NCBI GenBank assembly: GCA_964648855.1
Contig: CAZYLT010000010.1
Location: 1 to 32,000, forward strand
Source of the DNA: an uncultured archaeon
Lineage (GTDB): Archaea > Asgardarchaeota > Thorarchaeia > Thorarchaeales > Thorarchaeaceae
Direction: 5' to 3'
Length of the DNA stretch: 32,000 nucleotides
The notes beneath the pieces were generated by a model. That model worked only from the letters and a program-made list of their open reading frames with translations, did not search any database and was not told the origin of the DNA. The position numbers were made by a program, and so were the translations under genes. Positions within the stretch are counted from its first letter, which is position 1. Every line of letters begins with the position of its first letter. This document shows, one piece after another, positions 27,268 through 32,000 of the stretch.

Positions 27268-29073
27268 ATGAACAGAAATCAAGCAGTGATATTGACCCTG
27301 GTCCTACTCGTTTTCCTTGGTTCAGTGACATCCCTTATATTCTGGATTGGAAATCAATATCCTCTACGTCATTCTTCCCCTGCATCTGCTGACTTCTATG
27401 AAACCGATTATTGGGATCTCGGGCCGGCAGAAGATGAGCCACTGGATATCGTCAACATTTCAACCTCGGTTGTCACACATGAAACGAATTCGACACAAGT
27501 TGCACTAGAACGATGGCAATTCACCTATCTAAGTGAAGAGGTCAATTCGATTGAAGTAAGAATCCACTCGACGCTCACTATGCAAGTGAACCAAAGTGGT
27601 GCTCAGCCTGCTATCCTAATCCTTCACGGTTACGGTAGCAGTTCCTCTACATTCATGGGAATAATGAATGATCTCGCTGCAAACGGTATCGTTACTATGG
27701 CTATCGACGCTCCTGACTCTGGAGAATCCACTGCATATCCTCCTCTGAACTCGGACACGTTCTTGGATGTGTCTGAAGGTCCTGAGTCTGCCCATCTTTA
27801 TCATTCTGTATGGTCGGCGGCTCGGGCTGTGACCCTACTTGATTCTCTCCCCTTTGTTTCAGATATGATTATTGCTGGAGGCTCTATGGGCGGGATGCAG
27901 TCTATCATTCTTTCAGCCATAGACGAACGAATCGATGGCACAATACCGATGATTTCAGCCGGCAACCTGGATGAGTCTCTTCGCTCAGGTACCTTCTTGA
28001 ACAGTCTATTTCTTCCCGATAAAGAACTGGATTCAGAGGCAATAAATGACGCTTTAAGATGGTTCGATCCAATTGCCTATGCCCGGAAATTAACAGCCCC
28101 TGTCCTGATGTTTGCGGGCACCAATGACCCCTTCTTTCCTCTATTGTGCATCCACGATACCATTCATGCGATAACCGCCCCGCTGACTTTGAGTTTGTTA
28201 CCTAATGCAGGTCATTTCATTGACCCTACTTGGACCACTGTCATCCTGGAGTGGGTTGATACAGTGTTTAGAAATGGCGGAGAGTATCCATCAATTACTG
28301 TCACTCAACGAGAAGAGCTTACAATATACGGTTGGACCTTACGAATATCTGCTAATGTTACTGCCGATTTGCCTTTGAGAGTATGGTGGAGGACTGGTGA
28401 TCCTGGCTCGCCATGGCAAATGTCTGAGATGGAACTAACTCCTCATGGCTTCGTTTTTGATTTGACTCCAACTCATATAGGCAGAATCTCTTTCTTTGTG
28501 AGTGGAATGCGTGATGGCATTATCTATGCATCATCCGAGATTCATATTGCTCGGGGCGGGAGTTTTATAGTTCCGCTCATTAGTCTGCTTTCCGGGGTAG
28601 GGCTAATTGCAATGAGTAAGACTACGGGGTGGCATCCGACCCTTGCGAAAACAATCAGAGAACTCCCTATCATTGTCGGTATCGTCATGATGGTATCCGG
28701 TTTTCTACTTCCTTACTTTGGAATCAGTGGGCGAGTTGAAATTTCCCTTTTGGATTTCATGGAGATCTTCGGGAATTATCTTGGTTTGAGCGGATGGTTC
28801 CTCTCTCTCATCATAGTTCTGTTCTCTCTGATCATTTCATTGTCATCTACTCGCCATGGAATACCCCTGCAATTGACGGTTATTGTATGGATTCCTATTT
28901 TGGTTGCCCTATCAATTGCATACTTTTTCTTCGCTGGCGTATTTGCAGTTTCTGGAGTGCTATTCACTGTCTATGCAGGACCTGGAACATTTCTCCTACT
29001 TCTTGCAGTTCCAGTAATGCTGATTCTTGAGTCCTTGTTCAGAAAGCATTCGCAGTTTCTCAGTAGTCACTAG
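27268..29073 (+). CDS. Membrane-anchored extracellular alpha/beta hydrolase (acetyl-esterase/S9-like) with a multi-pass C-terminus
   Basis: N-terminal TM, LHGYG, nucleophile GGSMGG, acid GTNDPFF, base NAGH, and about 5 hydrophobic helices at the C-terminus. Confidence 0.85.
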   Translation: MNRNQAVILTLVLLVFLGSVTSLIFWIGNQYPLRHSSPASADFYETDYWDLGPAEDEPLDIVNISTSVVTHETNSTQVALERWQFTYLSEEVNSIEVRIHSTLTMQVNQSGAQPAILILHGYGSSSSTFMGIMNDLAANGIVTMAIDAPDSGESTAYPPLNSDTFLDVSEGPESAHLYHSVWSAARAVTLLDSLPFVSDMIIAGGSMGGMQSIILSAIDERIDGTIPMISAGNLDESLRSGTFLNSLFLPDKELDSEAINDALRWFDPIAYARKLTAPVLMFAGTNDPFFPLLCIHDTIHAITAPLTLSLLPNAGHFIDPTWTTVILEWVDTVFRNGGEYPSITVTQREELTIYGWTLRISANVTADLPLRVWWRTGDPGSPWQMSEMELTPHGFVFDLTPTHIGRISFFVSGMRDGIIYASSEIHIARGGSFIVPLISLLSGVGLIAMSKTTGWHPTLAKTIRELPIIVGIVMMVSGFLLPYFGISGRVEISLLDFMEIFGNYLGLSGWFLSLIIVLFSLIISLSSTRHGIPLQLTVIVWIPILVALSIAYFFFAGVFAVSGVLFTVYAGPGTFLLLLAVPVMLILESLFRKHSQFLSSH

Positions 29074-29533
29074 CAGGCTCAGGAGAATCCTTCTTCTTGA
29101 AGAGTGCCACCAATTCTTCTATGCAACGATAATTTCCCATCGCCCTTCCTATTTCTCTGCGTGCTTGTGTCTGTATTGGAATCTTCAAGATTTGTAGTTC
29201 TCTGGCAATCTCTTTCTTAATCTCTTTGCCTTCTTTATCAAAATCTGTTAGTATCAGAACGGCAGCACCATTCTTGACCATTTTCTCGATATACCTGAAT
29301 AGCTGAACTCTACTCCTCCACGACTGTGTGCGTACTATTGGTGCCTCTACTCCGAGGTCTCTTAGAACCTGTTCGTCTCGCTTCCCCTCTACTAGTACTA
29401 TCAGTGGTTCAAATCTTTCATCTAACGAATTAAAAAGCTCGATTAGTTGTCGCTCGTTCTCTTCCAATTTTTCTTCGCTTCGATATTCCAACGAGTCCTG
29501 CTCCTTCAACGAATAATCAGGGAAGAATAGCAA
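29060..29533 (-). CDS. Small stand-alone Toprim-domain protein (archaeal type)
   Basis: IVLVEGKRDEQVLRDLG, LILTDFDKEG (DxD), CIEEL. Exact start uncertain. Confidence 0.85.
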   Translation of the reverse strand: MLFFPDYSLKEQDSLEYRSEEKLEENERQLIELFNSLDERFEPLIVLVEGKRDEQVLRDLGVEAPIVRTQSWRSRVQLFRYIEKMVKNGAAVLILTDFDKEGKEIKKEIARELQILKIPIQTQARREIGRAMGNYRCIEELVALFKKKDSPEPASDY

Positions 29534-30560
29534 TTTTCATGCTCCGGCCTTCTCCCATCATCTCCAGCGCATCAGTAATCCTGCTGAGAGGCATCTCATG
29601 CGAAATTAAGATATCAGTGCTTATGTCTCCTGCCTTTAGCAGATTAAGTGCCTGCTCCACATGTTTTGGTTTCAGATGAAAGACTCCCTTGATGGTGAGT
29701 TGTCCATAGTGGAAGCGACCCGTGTCTACCTCAAATGTTGTGCCTGATGCAGCTCCTCCAAACAGAACTGTCGTTCCTGCATCTCTGGTCATCTTCACCG
29801 CTTGTTCCCACGTGGCAGGAAGCCCCACCGCCTCTATTACCACATCTGCCCCATATCCAGAGGTTTCTTGTTTGACAATTTCAATCGGGTCTGTCTTTGC
29901 TGGATCAATAATGATGTCTGCACCTGCTTTCGTTGCCATATTGCGCCTGAGTTCTGTTAGGTCTGATGCAATCACAGTAGATGCACCATTCTTCTTTGCA
30001 AGCATGATTAGCATCTGCCCTATTGGTCCAGCTCCAATGATCGCAACTGTGTCCCCGAGTTCTATGTCCGCCTCTTCTATTCCATGAACTACGCAGGCAA
30101 GAGGCTCTGTTAATGCTGCTTTTTCAAATGGGAGAGAATCAGGTATCTGATGAGTATTCCATCTAACAACCGCTTCGGGAACCCGGATGTATTCCGCAAA
30201 TGCTCCATTTACTAGGGTATTCTTAAGTTGTTTACAGAGGTTAGGATTATTCCTCTTACAGAAAAAGCAATTTCCACAAGGCGCGGAGTTGGTTGCAACA
30301 ACTCTCATCCCTGGTTCAAATTGCTCTACGCCCTCTCCAATTTCCTCAATAGTACCAGCATACTCATGACCAAACAAAGCTGGGAGCTTTCTCAGGAGCA
30401 GGGGGTGTCCTCTCTTGTAAGTCTTAACATCCGTTCCACAGGTCAATGCTTTTCCGATACGAATGAGCAGTTCGCCTCTCCCAATTTCAGGAACGTCTGT
30501 TTCTTCATATCGTACATCTCCTATATCGTAGTACATCGCAGCTTTCATGCGCCGACCCAT
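29517..30560 (-). CDS. Zn-dependent medium-chain dehydrogenase (iditol/threonine dehydrogenase-like)
   Basis: TCGTD, GHEYAG, CGNCFFC...C, EPLAC, GAGPIG. Start is probably ATG 30560 or 30548. Confidence 0.92.
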   Translation of the reverse strand: MGRRMKAAMYYDIGDVRYEETDVPEIGRGELLIRIGKALTCGTDVKTYKRGHPLLLRKLPALFGHEYAGTIEEIGEGVEQFEPGMRVVATNSAPCGNCFFCKRNNPNLCKQLKNTLVNGAFAEYIRVPEAVVRWNTHQIPDSLPFEKAALTEPLACVVHGIEEADIELGDTVAIIGAGPIGQMLIMLAKKNGASTVIASDLTELRRNMATKAGADIIIDPAKTDPIEIVKQETSGYGADVVIEAVGLPATWEQAVKMTRDAGTTVLFGGAASGTTFEVDTGRFHYGQLTIKGVFHLKPKHVEQALNLLKAGDISTDILISHEMPLSRITDALEMMGEGRSMKIAILP

Positions 30561-30672
30561 GGCATTCACACATAGCGAGAACGACAGTTCTGGTTTAAAT
30601 GACTTGCTGGAAATCCGTATCAACCAAAATGCTTATGCTCTAATGAGAATCGCCTCATTCAGGGACCTCCGT

Positions 30673-31125
30673 ATGAATCTCAAGTCGAAATATCCAGAAA
30701 AGATGGAGTATATTGCGAGTACTGAGTGGGATGGAATGACTGGAGGAACAGCCAGACTCAAAGATAGTGAATTAATCTTCGATACTCCAGAGGTTTACGG
30801 TGGTAGAGGTCAAGGCTTGTGTCCTTATAGATTGTTCATTGCAGGTATCTTGGGCTGTATCAACAATACATTTCTTGATATCCAGCGAATGTCAAATCTA
30901 GACCTCATCTCTTTCAAGCTTCACGGGAGGCTGCTGGTCCAATTCGATGGCTCAGGCTATTCCGTTTCCAAATTTGAAATCACCGGAGAAGTAGTGGTTG
31001 CTGAGGATGAGGTTTACCTCGGTGAGCGTTGCATTGAACAAGCAAAGAAATATTGTCCACTCACACGTTCAACAAAGGACTGTATACCTATCGAATACAG
31101 TATCTCAGTTCGAGAAATGAAATAA
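30673..31125 (+). CDS. OsmC/Ohr-family protein
   Basis: DTPEVYGGRGQGLCP..LF..GILGCINNTF and AKKYCPLT carry the two conserved Cys. Likely start is ATG 30673, which avoids overlap with the divergent dehydrogenase gene. Confidence 0.85.
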   Translation: MNLKSKYPEKMEYIASTEWDGMTGGTARLKDSELIFDTPEVYGGRGQGLCPYRLFIAGILGCINNTFLDIQRMSNLDLISFKLHGRLLVQFDGSGYSVSKFEITGEVVVAEDEVYLGERCIEQAKKYCPLTRSTKDCIPIEYSISVREMK

Positions 31126-31147
31126 ACTCCTCATCTCTATTTTCAGT

Positions 31148-31636
31148 TCATTCCATGGCTTCCATTAGTTCTGAGATATGGCTCACGTACTTCTGAATAT
31201 TATCCCAATATCCGCCCTGGAAGTATACCGCATCACAATCAGAACAATACCAGAACACGTCATAGTGTTCGTAGGTCTGTTCATGCACGAATTCTCGGAT
31301 TTTGCTCTTTTCCTCCATAGATATCCTGACAAGCTCCCCATTACATTTCGAACATCTTGCCTCATCCGGATCCACTTCGGGCGAGATTCCGAATTCATGG
31401 AACACCCTCGCAATTCTATAATCCACTGGGCCTCTCACCAGCATACTCTGAACTCCTTCTTTCAATGCCCTCTCATTGAGGTTGGCATCCGAGGTGAGAA
31501 TGATTCGGTTCTCAGATGCTGCTATCTCTATGATTCTATCGTCTTCAAGATCTGTTTCGTAAATTGCATCGACACCTACAAGCCTTAACCAGAGTGCGAG
31601 TCTGCCAAGCATTGCATCGATGATGAAGCGGCTCAT
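31148..31636 (-). CDS. Mut7-C RNase-like protein (PIN-like domain plus Zn ribbon)
   Basis: RFIIDAMLGRLALWLRLVGVD, RIILTSD, RCSKCNGEL, FWYCSDCDAVYFQG. Confidence 0.9.
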   Translation of the reverse strand: MSRFIIDAMLGRLALWLRLVGVDAIYETDLEDDRIIEIAASENRIILTSDANLNERALKEGVQSMLVRGPVDYRIARVFHEFGISPEVDPDEARCSKCNGELVRISMEEKSKIREFVHEQTYEHYDVFWYCSDCDAVYFQGGYWDNIQKYVSHISELMEAME

Positions 31637-31644
31637 GACGAATC

Positions 31645-32000
31645 TCACCCGCTTTTTCTTATTCGTTCAGCTGCCTCATGTAACTCATCAATGACCGAAA
31701 GAGGCACCGTGACATCTCCTATTTGGCCGTGGGAGGGTTCCCCATGTGCGTCACTTCCACCAGTAACTATCAAATCCAGGCCTTTTGTGGCGGTCCTTAC
31801 ATCTTCGCTTGTGCCTTCCATATTAAGGTGACCATAGTCATATTCTATTTCAACCCCCTCGAGTCCGATTTCCGATAGTTCAATGAGGAGTTCTCTGAGA
31901 TCCGTATTTGGAATAGTAAGCGGATGAGCGAGTACTGGTACAGCTCCCTCCATTCTCAAGAGTAGTATTGCCCTCTTCGTATCCATCCTCTCTTTCATCA
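31645..32000 (-). CDS. PHP-domain phosphoesterase (TrpH/YciV-like), C-terminal part, 5'-truncated by the window edge
   Basis: GAVPVLAHP, GLEGVEIEY, TGGSDAHG. Confidence 0.88.
   Translation of the reverse strand, partial: MKERMDTKRAILLLRMEGAVPVLAHPLTIPNTDLRELLIELSEIGLEGVEIEYDYGHLNMEGTSEDVRTATKGLDLIVTGGSDAHGEPSHGQIGDVTVPLSVIDELHEAAERIRKSG

Noticed and set aside
30547-30672. Head-to-head overlap of the dehydrogenase and OsmC ORFs
   Set aside because: Artefact of longest-ORF calling. Using starts at 30560/30548 and 30673 leaves a normal divergent intergenic region.
274-31588. Numerous 60-170 aa ORFs overlapping or antisense to the called genes (e.g. 3124-3609, 6815-7318, 8111-8545, 29722-30087, 31178-31588)
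   Set aside because: They have no recognisable motifs and lie within well-supported genes.
29060-32000. Toprim, Mut7-C and PHP genes as an anti-phage defence island
   Set aside because: All are common stand-alone archaeal genes interleaved with metabolic genes, with no ATPase/nuclease partner or mobility signal.

Overview
Gene-dense archaeal chromosomal segment with no rRNA, tRNA, CRISPR array or transposase visible. The archaeal markers are an archaeal-type primase large subunit, a DUF763 protein, a small Toprim protein and Mut7-C. The style of the C-terminally anchored surface proteins suggests Asgard archaea (Thorarchaeia-like), which is an inference. The left half holds housekeeping, redox and DNA-repair genes: methyltransferases, a HAD hydrolase, TPR proteins, two MBL hydrolases, korAB, an SDR, DUF763, an AlkD-like and an OGG glycosylase, and priL. 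The most striking element is a ~13.8 kb divergent locus (15315-29073). One arm has two paralogous membrane-anchored proteins, each with a degenerate, probably inactive M28 peptidase domain and nine Ca-binding DxDxDG repeats. The other arm has a MacB/LolD-type ABC cassette (ATPase, two ~960-aa FtsX-type permeases, a second ATPase with AbrB-like and Zn-ribbon tail) followed by a membrane-bound alpha/beta hydrolase. Reading beyond the ORF track gave a probable CTG start for priL, a decayed ferredoxin after korB and a decayed Zn-ribbon gene before priL. All family assignments are by motif recognition, with no database search.
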